Part shown: positions 10,051-22,794 of the stretch, one piece after another
Numbering within the stretch: position 1 is the stretch's first letter
How the letters are laid out: each line of letters begins with the position of its first letter
Assembly (NCBI GenBank): GCA_044892525.1
Contig: CM097885.1
Coordinates: forward strand, 219,418,001-219,482,000
Direction: 5' to 3'
DNA: 64,000 nt
From: Schmidtea polychroa
Lineage: Eukaryota
Notes under the pieces: generated by a model
Database searches by the model: none
What the model was told of the DNA's origin: nothing
Seen by the model: the letters and a program-made list of their open reading frames with translations, nothing else
Translations under genes and position numbers: made by a program

Positions 10051-10308
10051 GAGGGCTTCTGACTGTGCCTTTATTGTGAGCCTTTGACAGCGGCTCTCTT
10101 CCAGCAGGCTGTCCCTACAGTGCTCTAATCTGAGGATCTTAGTCCTTTCCTCCTTCATTTGTGGCGGGGAGAACCACGTGCCTTCATAAAGGTCTATGCG
10201 CTTCTTTAGAGCCCCAATATATAAGTGAAGTTGAGCAATATCCGCGTTTTTGTCGGCACAAGAAAAACACGGGCGAAGTTCTTTAGCCTTGTTGGATGGG
10301 GTAGTCAT
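9985..10308 (-). CDS. 5' part of split ORF-A (86 native codons, then read-through into the Polinton terminus)
   Basis: MTTPSNKAKELRPCFSCADK...RLTIKAQSEAL; codons 51-86 are the 108-bp repeat. After 10051 the frame runs into AGTAGT terminal sequence. Confidence 0.5.
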   Translation of the reverse strand: MTTPSNKAKELRPCFSCADKNADIAQLHLYIGALKKRIDLYEGTWFSPPQMKEERTKILRLEHCRDSLLEESRCQRLTIKAQSEALSSVYIYPTQTALQTKTYLHYA

Positions 10309-10789
10309 CTAGAAATTTATTAATATATTCAGAAGCAGTCGCAACACTCATTTGCGTATCATTTACGATTTAACCCCTAGGCTTAACGATCTCATTCATC
10401 ATACCACTTTACGCAACCCTCAAACAACTCTTTCCTATATCTCAGCACTTCACATTCATTCCGTTACTAACCGTTCAGATCAAATTATCTACTAATAATA
10501 ATTTAGAAAAGAAAACGGGGAAAATATTAAATTCAGATTACTCGACGTAAAATCAACATTTAATTTCAGGTTAGACAGTCCTCTCCATTGTTACTCTCTT
10601 TGGTTATTTGTTATGGTGTATTTTAACGTTGTTATGTTCCGAAAATCAATTAAACTCTAATTCCTAGTATAGTGATTTTGTAGATTTGTGCATGCCTGGT
10701 GGTCGAAATTTAGGGGGATTTATAATTATTTGTACGATGTTAATTGCAATCCAGGTTGAACAATATTCGAATCATATTATATAATAATA

Positions 10790-11300
10790 CTTTAGAAATT
10801 AGATTATGGATTTTTGTAAAACGCGCTGCACTCGTCGTCATAGCGACGCCTACTCGTGTGTGCCTGTGTATCATAGTTAATTTCTGCTATGTGGATCAGT
10901 GTGTCTCGTCGTGTTCCTCCGGACTCATACCTGTATTGAGCTATCGTCTGTTTATATGGATCTAGAAAATTTTCGTGTCTGTTTGCGGTGCGGGATACGA
11001 CATACCTCCTCGCTGCTACACACTGTATCATTATTCTAAGTGATTGCAAAACACGATTACGAAATGATGACGTCATGGAATAATCTTACTAACTGGTTTG
11101 ATTTGTCGTTCCACTAGTATGAATTTAGCTATGGGGTGTATAAGTATATGTAATTACGAGGCACAGTGTTTATTACTCCTATCAGAAACTTTATGAGTAG
11201 CTGTCTTAGACGGTGTGCTACAAGTCCGAAGAGTGAGCGAACTGGAATTATTAATCTAATTTTTCTGGGATACGATTGTCTCAAGACAATATCTACCTAC
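10790..11300 (-). pseudogene. Possible highly decayed reverse transcriptase (PLE-like)
   Basis: Scattered minus-strand pieces RKIRLIIPVRSLFGLVAHRLRQLL and RVGVAMTTSAARF echo the PLE RT motifs R.I.S...LA..L and GVAMG. Many stops. Confidence 0.25.
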
Positions 11301-11599
11301 GCCTTGGCTAAACAACTCGTTATGGACAATAATTTGTTATCATCTCTATCAGACTTTCGTCGATCGTCTAACTCGGTTAATTACAGTCCGACTGGATCTC
11401 ATTTATCGATAAACTGATAACTCTGGCAGCAGCTTCTATCGTCTCTACCGTAAGTGTTCTGATAATTCCCCATGATTTGTTTACATTAACTTCAGAAAAC
11501 GATGCTTATCAGTAACTCAAAAGTCAACACGGTAGACTAAAAGTACATCGTAAATGGATTTTGGCGCTAATGCTCTGGCGATCTAAATCAGATGACGTC

Positions 11600-12905
11600 T
11601 CAAAAGGCAGTATATTGCAGAAATTCATTGGATTTATTCGTGCGTTGTGAATCACTTTGTATAAGAAAAAAAGTATTGATGAAGAAAAGTCGTATTGGAA
11701 TAACGATGAGATTGAAGATACAGAATGCTATGATGATTGCCTTGGTTTATCAAATGATATTGATATTGAGAATGTTGATTTGAACTATCACGATCTGCTT
11801 CAAACATCTCGAAAACTTGTCAAATTTATAAAGAACTCAACAGTTCGCAATAATGTTTTCCTAACAAAAAACAAAGCTTTGACAGGCCGCAACAGTGAAT
11901 TATATCTGGATATTAAGACGCGTTGGAATTCAATTCCTACCATGTTGGATTCAATTATAAAATCAGAATTGGCTATTCGAGAAACGTTAACTGAATTTAA
12001 TGCAATATATCAAATAGATTCTGTTGATTTTGATGCTCTTAATAATCTTCTTTGTGCTATGGAACCGATTAAACTTGCTGTTGAACGCTTAAGTCAAGAT
12101 GATGCGACATTAGTAAGTGCTGAAATAATATTAGAGTTTATGTTCAAGAAACTTTCGATGATTAATAGTGAAATAAGTCAAGATCTGCATGATAACTTAA
12201 AGCAACGAATCGATGAAAGAATAAATAAAGATGTTATGAATCTTTTGAAAAGTCTCAAAGATTCATCAGTTGTTCCATCAGAAACAACATTAACATTTGC
12301 TGGACGTTTAGCTTCACGCATATTTGAATTTGATGATGGCGATGATATACGTGGTTCTACCCAAGAAGAATTTGAAAACACCAATCTTTCGCTAAAAGAA
12401 GAACTTAATATGCTTTTATATATGGATCAAACCCCGAAAGTACTTGGAGTAGATTTTAAATGGCTTAAGTCAGAATTCACTTTGTATAAGAATACTGGAC
12501 AACGAACGGAAAATCTTCAAAAACTTTACAATGCACTTCTTAGCATCAAACCAACATCGACTGACATTGAGCGTGTATTCTCAATTTGCACAAATTTTTG
12601 CACTAAAATTAGATCACGCTTATCAGATGATGCTCTTAAAGCTTTGGTTTTCTTGAAATTTTACTATAAAAAATAAATAAGTTTTCTGATGTTATATGAA
12701 TTAAGTTGTTATAAAAGATAATAAATATTTTCCAAGATATTAATAAATTGAAAAAAAATAAATATATACATTTTCAGTATTTTTTAAATATTAAAATTAT
12801 GGGAAAATTGAAAAAACAGTAAAAACAGCTAATATCAGCTGTTTTTTCGAAAATAAAAAACAGTAACAGCTGTTTTTTGAAAACCGCTGTTTTTGTAAAA
12901 CCCTA
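11600..12905 (+). mobile_element. 5'-truncated hAT transposon: transposase C-terminal half (ORF 11657-12676) plus right terminus
   Basis: Motifs LDIKTRWNS, EPIKLAVERL and the hAT dimerisation motif LLSIKPTSTDIERVFS..RSRLSD. AAAAACAG/CTGTTTTT subterminal repeats end in AAAACCCTA at 12905. Confidence 0.9.
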
Positions 12906-14237
12906 GTTGTGATCGACAAGGTCCTATTCCAATCACTCTGATCGACAAGCTGATGATCAAGAAAGTATTCCTCTATCTATGTAGATTTTCCCAAACCAGC
13001 ACTAATGTAAACACAACTTTCAAATACGAATCGTCTCTATTTCGAAACCTAAATCGTCTCAGTGGCTGTTGGAAATTTCGATGCGACAGAATACAACAAT
13101 GGAGTACCCTACGAACAATCGCAATCGGTGAAGGAAATTCGACTTCTCAATCTACTGAGTCTCATCACCCCTCATGACACACCCAAGAAGGCATTCATTG
13201 CTGCCGCCATTCTTGCACCGTCATGAGGGACCAATCAACTCCTTCGCATTCAATAAAATGATAATTTGCATATAATTCATAATGATCAAAATATGTTTAC
13301 GAAATAATGAAGAAATATAATTTACCCGGCGACCCTATCATTTGAGCTCCAAGCATGATGTCTCTCTCCGTTAAATCACTCGCGTAATCAGCGCATTGGC
13401 GGGCCTCTCTTCTCCCAGTATCGTATTCTCTGAGAACCCAATGTCCTTTCAACATCTTCTGGATGCATATCAGGAAAATTCCGCGTGGCTATTCCCTCTC
13501 ATTCGCATCATACTTGAAGTTACCAAATGGTACAGTCGCCGGCACCATGAAGAAAGCTGTTTTCTTTTAAATAAATTTATTTTCTGAAATTTATCATTAT
13601 TATCAATTATATGACAATGTTAACTTAATTTCATTTATTCAATTTTCCAAAATTCGTTTAAAGGTAAGTTTTTGAATTTAAGTAATTTTTAGGACTTGAA
13701 TTTTGATTTTATATAATTATGATATCATTATTCAAGTTCTTAAATATTACTGTTAGTCAGCATTTATAATATTGATAATATATAACATTGATAATTAAAT
13801 TTCAGGTGTTTTTTTTATGGTATTTTATTTGGATTTATTTGGATTTATTTCGTAAAAACTTTTAACATTCGGAACATTAAATTTTTGCACACAGGTAAGT
13901 TTGTGTGTTGCTATAATATAATTTTATCGATTTTTTTTAGATTATAGAAACTCTTATACACCTAACCGCGAAATATAACATTATCTATAATCTAAAAAAA
14001 ATCAATAAATATATATTATAGGAACACACAAACTTACCTGTGTGTAGAAATTTAATGCTGCGAAATTTAACATATTTATTATAGGAATCAAAAAAGTGAG
14101 AGAAAATAATTAAGCATACAAGCACAGCACACATAATGAAAAATACATACAAAATTAAGTAAAGTGTTTTTCATGCGAAATATACATTGATTAACATATA
14201 ATTAACATATCAATATTTTCAAATTATTTAAAAAGTT

Positions 14238-14560
14238 ATGTACAAAAAAACTTTTGAATCAGACTCCGACTGATCTACCTTGAGCTTTAGGGAAAAAGAA
14301 GTAAATACATCGTAAGATTTAATTATAAAATAATTTAGAATATAAAATTTCTTTAGATTTACAGATATTGAAGAAGATCCTTCGACATCTTTGAATTTGC
14401 AGGAAAAAAATCGCAAATCGTAAATTTTAATAAATTATTTTAACAAATTAATATTTTCATAGAATTACAGAAATAGACAAATTTCGAACGAAGATTTAAA
14501 AAACTTAAAAAATATTTTATCCATTCTTTACTAAATGTCTTTAAAAAATAAATGTTTGGT
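14238..14560 (+). pseudogene. Disabled paralog of the spliced mini-gene at 15143
   Basis: ATG TAC AAA...GAC TGA gives an early stop. Introns 14312-14356 and 14420-14462 lie at positions equivalent to the 15143 copy. Confidence 0.5.
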
Positions 14561-15142
14561 GATTACTTTACTTATTTATAATTATAAAAATATCTAACTT
14601 AGATTTTTACGAAAAAAATCCAAATAAATCCAAATAAAATACCATAAAATTCCTAAAAAAACACGTGAAATTTAATTATCAATGTTATATATTATCAATA
14701 TTATAAATGCTGACTAACAGTAATATTTAAGAACTTGAATAATGATCTCATAATTATATAAAATCAAAATTCAAGTCCTAAAAATTACTTCAATTCAAAA
14801 ACTTACCTTAAAACGATTTTTGAAAAATTGAAAAAATGAAATTAAGTTAACATTGTCATATACACCTAAATCCACAATATAAGAGTTTCTATAATCTAAA
14901 AAAAAATCGATAAAATTATATTATAGCAACACACAAACTTACCTGTGTGCAAAAATTTATTGTTCCGAATGTTAAAAGTTTTATTATAGGAATTGAGAAA
15001 GTGACAGAAAAATAATTTTACATACAAACACAGAACACATAATATAAAATACACGCAAATTTAATGTAGCTTTTTTTATTCCGAAAGTAGAGAGTCATTA
15101 ACATACTGTTAACATATCATTAATTTAAAATTATTAAAATTC

Positions 15143-15531
15143 ATGGCTGAAAAAAATTTGGATTTTGAATCTGACAACTCAACTTTGAGTTTTCGAGAAA
15201 TGGACGACAAAACATCGTAAGGTCTATTTATAAATATTTTTAGATTTTCAGATATTTCTTTGGAGACATTTCCATTTTGCGAAGGTGAAGATCTGACAAT
15301 GTAAGAATTTTTTTATTTAATTACAAATAATTAAAATATTTTACAGCATATCAGATATTTCTAGTCAAACGCCTTTGTGTGAAGATATTCAACAAGTTCC
15401 ATCGACATCTTTGGAATTGAAGAAAAAAATTCGAAAATCGTAAATTTTAATAACTTATTTAAAAAAAATAATATTTTCAAAGAATTTCAGAAAATGACAA
15501 AATCCGTCTACATCGTCAAAGAGGCTATTAA
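15143..15531 (+). CDS. Four-exon 90-aa acidic/Ser-rich protein of unknown function inside a TIR element
   Basis: Exons 15143-15216, 15244-15300, 15347-15439, 15483-15531. GT-AG introns of 27, 46 and 43 nt, all phase 2, splice to an open frame MAEKNLDFESDNSTLSFREMDDKTSFSDISLETFPFCEGEDLTIISDISSQTPLCEDIQQVPSTSLELKKKIRKSISENDKIRLHRQRGY*. Confidence 0.6.
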
Positions 15532-16562
15532 AAATGAGCTGGAGAAAGAAGATAACAAAAACTTAAAAAACAATTTTATCCATATACGCCTAAATGTCTT
15601 AAAAAAATAAATTTGTTTGGTGATTATTTTATTTCTTTTTAGTTAAAAATATATATAACTTACATTTTATTGAAATAATTCCAAATTCATAACATCATAA
15701 AATACATAAAAAAGCACCTGAAATTTAATTATCAATATATTATAAATGCTGATTACAAGTAATATTTAAGAGCTTGAATAATGATCTCATAATTATATAA
15801 AATCAAAATTCAAGCCTTAAAATATACTTAAATTTAAAAAACTTACTTCTAAAACCATAAATAAAATTGAATTGAGAATGAAAAAATGAAATAAACATTC
15901 TCATAAATGGTGAGTCATCGATTGATGAACACACCAACATGCATTATAGAGACTTTTAACATGTGGAAACGGGTGTAATTGGTGACTCACCTCAGGTGGT
16001 GTGCACACCAACGTATATTATAGACAATGTTAACTTTCGCGGTTAGGTGTATTGTGGATTTAGGTGTATACTAATTTTCTTACTGTCTCGTCCAATCAGG
16101 ATTAAGTAGTTGTGCAGATTGCACTTTTTTCTATTTTAATTGTTGTTTTTATGTTTTATTTTTAATTTATTTTGTTTTATTTTCCTTATTTAATTATTAA
16201 TTATGTTTTTCTTAATTTATTTTATCTGCCTAATCCTGACGGCCATCTTATTTGTATCTTTTCTGATTTTATTTTAATTTTTAATCTAAAAGAATTCCAT
16301 TTTCGCTATTTTTCACTTAATTATTATTTCTCATCTAATTTCCATTTAGTTACTGTTTTTAATCTACTTTGATTTCTCATCGTATTTTCAATTCAATCTA
16401 TTTTTTTGTCCTCGTTTTTAAATTAATTACTACTTTTAATCTACTTTAATTTTAATTATTTTAAATTAATTGCTACTTTTGTTGGATGATGAGGGTAGAC
16501 TCATCACCACATTCACCCTCAACAAATATTATAAGACGGGGCCAGGAAAATATAGGGTCAAT

Positions 16563-16959
16563 CAGTGCTCGAAGTGGAACAAAATATGTGCCGGGATAGG
16601 CATGCTGTGGCAACCGGGATTCCAGGCTTTTATGCAGAAATTTTCAGTTGGGGGTGTTGCAAAACTTTGGGGGGTGTCCACCCATTTAATCATAAGTTTC
16701 AGAATATACCTACCTATCCATTACTGCTGCTTGGGAAATTCTTAATTGAATAGAGAATAGAGAATAAAGAATATATATATACATACATATATGGATGTAC
16801 TATGTGTGACCTTAATTGCAGTATTTGTGTGCCTATAAAATGAAATAAGTACCGGGATAAACCTATAGATTATATGAAATGAAGTGCCGGGATGCTATTC
16901 CGCCTACATAATCAATGCCGGGATAATATCCCGGCTATCCCGCCTCACTTCGAGCACTG
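16563..16959. mobile_element. hAT-type MITE, 397 bp
   Basis: Perfect 14-bp TIR CAGTGCTCGAAGTG, perfect 8-bp TSD GGGTCAAT (16555-16562 and 16960-16967), and repeated CCGGGA subterminal motifs. Confidence 0.9.
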
Positions 16960-18199
16960 GGGTCAATATATGTGACGAAGAAAGGCAATAAAGTGGATCA
17001 TCGGGAAACAAAACAATCTAGACAATATTCGTCCAGCAACAATCCAGACAAATATCCAGTCAGAAATAAATATCCATTAACTAGTATCCCTTGTGTGGCT
17101 ATCCTTTATGACAATTAATTGAATATCATTTATGTGTTGATTATCCCTGATGATAATTATGACATTTATGTGTATATGCTATTCTTTAACTGTCGATTAA
17201 TTTTTATTCTTTATCCTTTAATGGTTGATTAATTTTTATGTACAGACATGATTTTGTGAATATTTTATTAATTAAAGTTTATCATACACTTAACGTTATA
17301 ATAAAAAGGGGATTGAATAAAATTATTATATTATAAAATATTAATTATAAAATTATTATAAAAAATAGAATTATTATAAATTAATTATTATTATAGTCAC
17401 AAAGAAGGAGAGGGTTTAATATTTTGTTTGTCTTGCATCGGCAATCGTTCTGAAAGGATCAGTTTCTTCAATTTAACAGTAAGGTAGAAGCATAAATGAA
17501 ACTGAGACTCCATAGAATTTATTTGTTTAATATGCATTTTTTCATTGAAAATAAATCCTATTTTATTAAATAAACATTTATATATAAAATACAATAGTTA
17601 TCCCGTTAATTTAATTTAACAGATAATTTTCAAAAAAATCAATAAAACATTTTTATCATGGAATATGTGCAAAATCTAAAATGCAAAAAAAAATCGAAAG
17701 ACAGGAGAAAAAATTGAAGTGCAATTAGATGGAAATCAACAGAGAATTTGTGCAATCTCGCACATCAAGATGATCAAATATGCTCCAATCAGTCGCGATT
17801 AATTGTTATTGAATCACATCTGATGCTTGTCTGTGTATTTGCGTTATAGATTACATCATTTATTAGTAGCAATAATTTTCGGTTTCTACAATGAATTGAA
17901 TTGATAAATGAATTTGATAATAACAAATTACAGTTGACAAAATAAAAGGTAATTTTATTTTTAATTTTTAATTATTATTTTTCTAAGTGAATTTATTTTT
18001 AAATTTTATTTTAATTATTATATCATTAATGTTAATTTTTGTTGAATATATTAATTATTTAATTACTTTTACATCAATTACTGAGAGTTATTATCGTATT
18101 TAAATTATGAAAAATTGAAAAATATTTTGTTAGTATTTTTTTACTCAATATTTGAGAATAATTATCAAATCTAAATTGGAAATATTTAAACAAGAGAAA

Positions 18200-21100
18200 A
18201 TCATGTTATTCTTGATAAATAAAAATGTTTTCATTTTTTATAATAACTAAAACATAATAAATATAAATACACTCTTCTGATCCTTTTATTGCTATTGTTG
18301 GAGTTTCGCAGAATACTTTCATTATATACCAACTGCTTAATTAAGCAAAAAGATGCTTACGCCTACAGTCTCCATAAAAGTGAAGGACAAAATACAATTT
18401 TCAAATTTGAGATATTAAAGCAATCTCGCAATAATAAATGTAAATTCATTTTAATGGTAATTAAATTAAGATTTGAAATTTATGGTTGAAACGAGGAGAA
18501 AGTTACTCGATTGTGCTTAACGGGAAAATGATAAATTTATATAAATTACCTGTCAGTTTCGAGAAAACAATACTGTTGTTAAATCAATTTTATTCCTCCT
18601 AAAGCACTAAAAGTTATATTTAGTGGCTGAAGATAAAATAATTGGTACAGCACTCCGGTAAAAGACGAAATTTTTGAGGTTAATTTTTGATCGTACTTAA
18701 GCTTTAACCATCACTATTTTTTCTCTTTATTTTTCTCGTTAATCTAAACTAGTTCTAATAATCTGAATAAACTTTTAGTTCACCTTTAATTAATTTCAAT
18801 TAAAATTTTAAATTAACTAACTTTTATTAAAATGATTAAAATTTCATTGACCAAATAATTTAACTTAAATTTTTATAAAAAATAATTTGTGTAAATTTAT
18901 TTTCAATCCAATTTGATCGGATTACATTGAAAAACTAATTGAATATTACATTTACATACATTCATGAGAAAATATTCGAAAATTATTCGTAAATTTTTTG
19001 TTATGTTTATAATTACTGATTCTCAGCTAAAATAGAAATAATGNNNNNNNNNNNNNNNNNNNNNNNNNNNNNNNNNNNNNNNNNNNNNNNNNNNNNNNNN
19101 NNNNNNNNNNNNNNNNNNNNNNNNNNNNNNNNNNNNNNNNNNNNNNNNNNNNNNNNNNNNNNNNNNNNNNNNNNNNNNNNNNNNNNNNNNNNNNNAAACT
19201 GATTTAAAAGTAGATAAAAATTAATTTTTATACTCCAGAAGTATAATGCCTTAATGTCTATAAAAATGAATAAATTATTTATCTTCATGTTGATCTAAAA
19301 TTGTAATTGCAAAAAATCTAAAAAAAATATTTAGAAAATTTCTATGTATGAAAAGAAATCTGTTCATGGAATTAGTAAAAATTGTTGGTGTTTGAAAAAC
19401 GATGTTCCAACACAAATGAAAGAGGTTATTTGATTTCAAATTGAATGAAGTAATGGTTCTCTTTAGATATCAAATCCAATTCCCTTCTGTTCTATTTTCA
19501 ATTCAAGTTCTAAAACTGACATAAAAAAGTTAAAAGAAAAGGTAACAATTTTTAAATATTTTTTTCATTGTTGAAATTTTAATAATATTTAGTATTGTTA
19601 TTTTTAGTATTGCTTTTTTGAAATCTATTAAACTTATTTTTGTTGATTTCAATTTCAACAAATAGACTCACATTTATATTTTATTAACAATGTGGAATAA
19701 AATATAATAATTTTTCCTAAAATAGAAAAAAATCATCTATTTTAAAGCTTCTCTCTCACATACAATGGTACTTTACAACTCTTTCAATGTATATTTCCGA
19801 TCATATACACTTCCTTAGTAATATGCTTAAAAGCTCACAGATGATTTATTTCTTAAAAATATTTTATTTTGATAAGTCTCTGTTCCCGTAAATTCATGTG
19901 ATTTATTAAAAATATAAATATAATTTACAAAGACTCATGGAAAAGGGGTTTTGTAAACCTTTGTTGAGAGGATCAAAGAATACAAATTATGAAGTTGTTA
20001 TTTAATAACAAATAATATGTTTAAATTTTATTTTAAATATTTTCACCATTTGAGGTCTGATTAATTTAACATTTCGTTGCAAACTCCCATTCATGAAAAA
20101 CAGCTTGACATATACGATAATGGCTTTCAAATCTCCAATTTATTTTAATTTTCAGTTTTAAAATTAACTGATTTTCCTGATTAGGAACTTTTGGGCTTGT
20201 TCGTTTTCCAAAAAAACTTTCTTTCACCATATTGTTCTATATTATGCTAGCGCATTCTTGAAATTCTGAATCCGATAATTAATCGATTATTTTTTTCTTT
20301 TTCTGAACTTTTTGCACTTTCTTCTGCACTTTATACTAATTCAATATATCACAAACTGTTTGCAATGCAAGATTATTGATGCACCGCAATAGAAACATAG
20401 AATTTGCTTATCTTTTCAAATGACTTTTTAAGAAATTATTTCATAAATATAAAAACGACTTTTTATTGTTTTTATTTAAAGATAACTTTTATTCGCAGTT
20501 AATCAAATGCAAAACCTCTAGTAAATCTATTTTATGTCATTTATTTGTTCACCTCTCTTCACGGCTTTGTTGTTGCGAATATACCAGAATAACTATAACT
20601 CAATGTTTCATAAGCTCTAATCACTAGTGATATTTCTTTCGACCTTTTCAAGGGCCAAACGAAAATTAAATCATAATTATTGGGAAACAGAAGGCATTTA
20701 AAGAAAAGTTACAACAATGAATTAAGAATACAAGCAATTCAAAGTTTGATTGTTTTCCAGATATTGATGCTTCTCCAAATAAGAGTATAATTATTTTGGG
20801 AAATTAAGGATACTCTGGAAAATTTAGTTTTAAGATTTATGTTTTAATTAAATATTCCTTGATAAAAGTGATTCGTTAATTTTACGATATCTATAAAAAT
20901 TATGACACAAAAGCGTTCACTTAAAAGTTACAAAATTAATAAATATAAAGTGGTGAATTTTGAAGACATGGAGACAAACAGTATTAGGACTGATAATTTT
21001 TAGAATTCTTTACAATCCACATAGTACATGTCAAAACGAAACTTGCTGAGTCTATTTCTAAAATAATCTGCTGTTGTTAATAAAAAAATGGATTTGAAAA

Positions 21101-21600
21101 ACAGAATCCTAGGAATTTGTTATTTTGCCTTTTTTATAACACACCTCCCTGTGTTCAATTAAAAAACTAAATAATTTAAGTAACTCAATTAGAAAATTCT
21201 TGAATTTTCAATTAAAATTATATTGCTTTTTTAGACGAGAAAAAGTTCAAAGACAGAAGAATTTCAGATTGACAACAAAATGTCAAAGTCTTTTGATTAT
21301 ATCTACAGTCAATCGAAAAACGATGCTTTATGTGAAGACATTACCAGAACAATAAAAAAAGATTCAGTAAATCATGATCAAAATTTTAAGAAAATTCAAT
21401 GGAAACCTCCTGCAAATCAAAAGAAAAAAATTAATTTAATATATATTACCAACAGAATTTTAGGTTAAAGTTTTCTTATTTGAATACAATTGTTTTAATT
21501 AAAGCTTTAGTGGCTGATGATGATTACACTGACTCGATTGAATATGACAAGGCTTTGAGATCATTAAGCATTTGCTGTGGAAAATATTTAAAAGTAAATA
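18200..21600 (+). other. Candidate scattered small exons of an unidentified host gene
   Basis: Several short open segments flanked by AG/GT, e.g. ISNPIPFCSIFNSSSKTDIKKLKEK|GT near 19474-19546 and DKALRSLSICCGKYLK|GT near 21550-21595. No recognisable domain, and the region spans an assembly gap. Confidence 0.25.
19044..19195. other. Assembly gap (152 N)
   Basis: Run of N bases. Confidence 1.
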
Positions 21601-21611
21601 TTTTATAAATA

Positions 21612-22320
21612 CCGTATATGTTTTGAGAATCCTTTCATTTTCTCAAAAATCGTCAGTACGCTTTATAATGTATGGTTATTGAATTGAATCTATGGTTGTG
21701 CTTTGTGGCTTTCTGACCTAGAACCAGATGGATTAACCAAATAGCTCCAGCCTCTAGATATTGATGTCAATATGTCGTTTAAAGTTAAATTATGAGCTGC
21801 GTGGGAGCATTGGATGACAGAAGATGAACACACATTCACCAAGACAAGAAGGCAACGCCGGACAAGTTACGCCACTATCTGCCAGTAGATCGTGGATGTC
21901 TGGGCGAAGGTATCAGTCTCCAGTGTCATCCGAGCTTTCAGGAAGGCCGGAATCATCACTGAACAGCTAAGTAACAGCAACGAGACTGACTCTGATAATG
22001 ATGATGATGATGATGAGAGGGATCCGGGCATGCTTGATGCCGAAATCACCCAACTGTTAAACTCAGACACTGAAGATGAAGAATTTGATGGATTTTTGGT
22101 AGAGGAATAGAATAAACCAAAAAAGTCAATGAATTGTTTTGTATTTTATTTGTAACACTGAACAATGTAGAGAGTTATTGTGAAAGAGTTGAAAGTTTGA
22201 CTTATCGGAGTTTAGTGTCATTTAATATGTGCGCCTTATGTATGAAAATAAAACCGTTAGCAGTCAATCAATGATATTGTGCCTTATAACACAATGTGCC
22301 TTATAGTTCGAAAAATACGG
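21612..22320 (+). mobile_element. Internally deleted pogo/Tigger (POGK-like) element
   Basis: TA-flanked CCGTAT...ATACGG ends. Remnant QPLD.....FK..L..W..WM..EHTFTK..RQRR.SYATICQ*IVDVWAKVS..RAFRKAGI and acidic tail DTEDEEFDGF. Confidence 0.85.
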
Positions 22321-22794
22321 TACTTAAATAAATTTAATAATATTAATGCTGGGAAAATTCAAACAAAATTGAAATATATAAACAATTGAAAGCTTTAAAT
22401 TTTTTGATGTTAGAAGAAATTTGTATTTTTAGACAAAATTTCATTTTAACAATTTGCGTAAATTTAAATCAACCCTTTTTGTTCTGGGAGCCTTAAAAAT
22501 TTTAGGTTCTAAAACATGTTCATGTACCACTTATGTTTAAAAACTATACTTGTTTTATTTATACTCATATATTTTCTGGGTTACAAGATACTTTTTTAAA
22601 CGTTAGACATCTAAACACCTTTGTATCTAAGATATATTTGCATCGAATGATTATTGATGATTAAAAATTGGAAGTAACTTAAATATTACATCAATTTATA
22701 GACAAAATTTATGTGAGCTTCTTTCGAATTTTATCTTTATTCATAAGATCGACCAGCAGTAACGATTTCGTTGATTTGAAGAGTTTGAAGAATC

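Larger units (their letters stand above)
13609..16066. mobile_element. Composite of non-autonomous TA-flanked TIR elements with CACCTAA termini
   Basis: Element 13959-16049 has TIR CACCTAACCGCGAAA..TAACATT.TCTATA and a TA duplication. It sits inside a CACCTAAATCCACAATATAAGAG terminus split between 13956 and 16052-16066. Two diverged tandem units (13959-14860, 14863-~15900). 13609-13956 is a near-identical inverted copy of 14600-14860 plus 14880-14985. Confidence 0.8.

Noticed and set aside
12940-12975. CTGATGA..GAAA motifs here and at 27300 and 47290 (minus)
   Set aside because: No helix II can form between the two core halves.
19013-19288. 91-aa ORF in the track
   Set aside because: An artefact of reading through the N gap.
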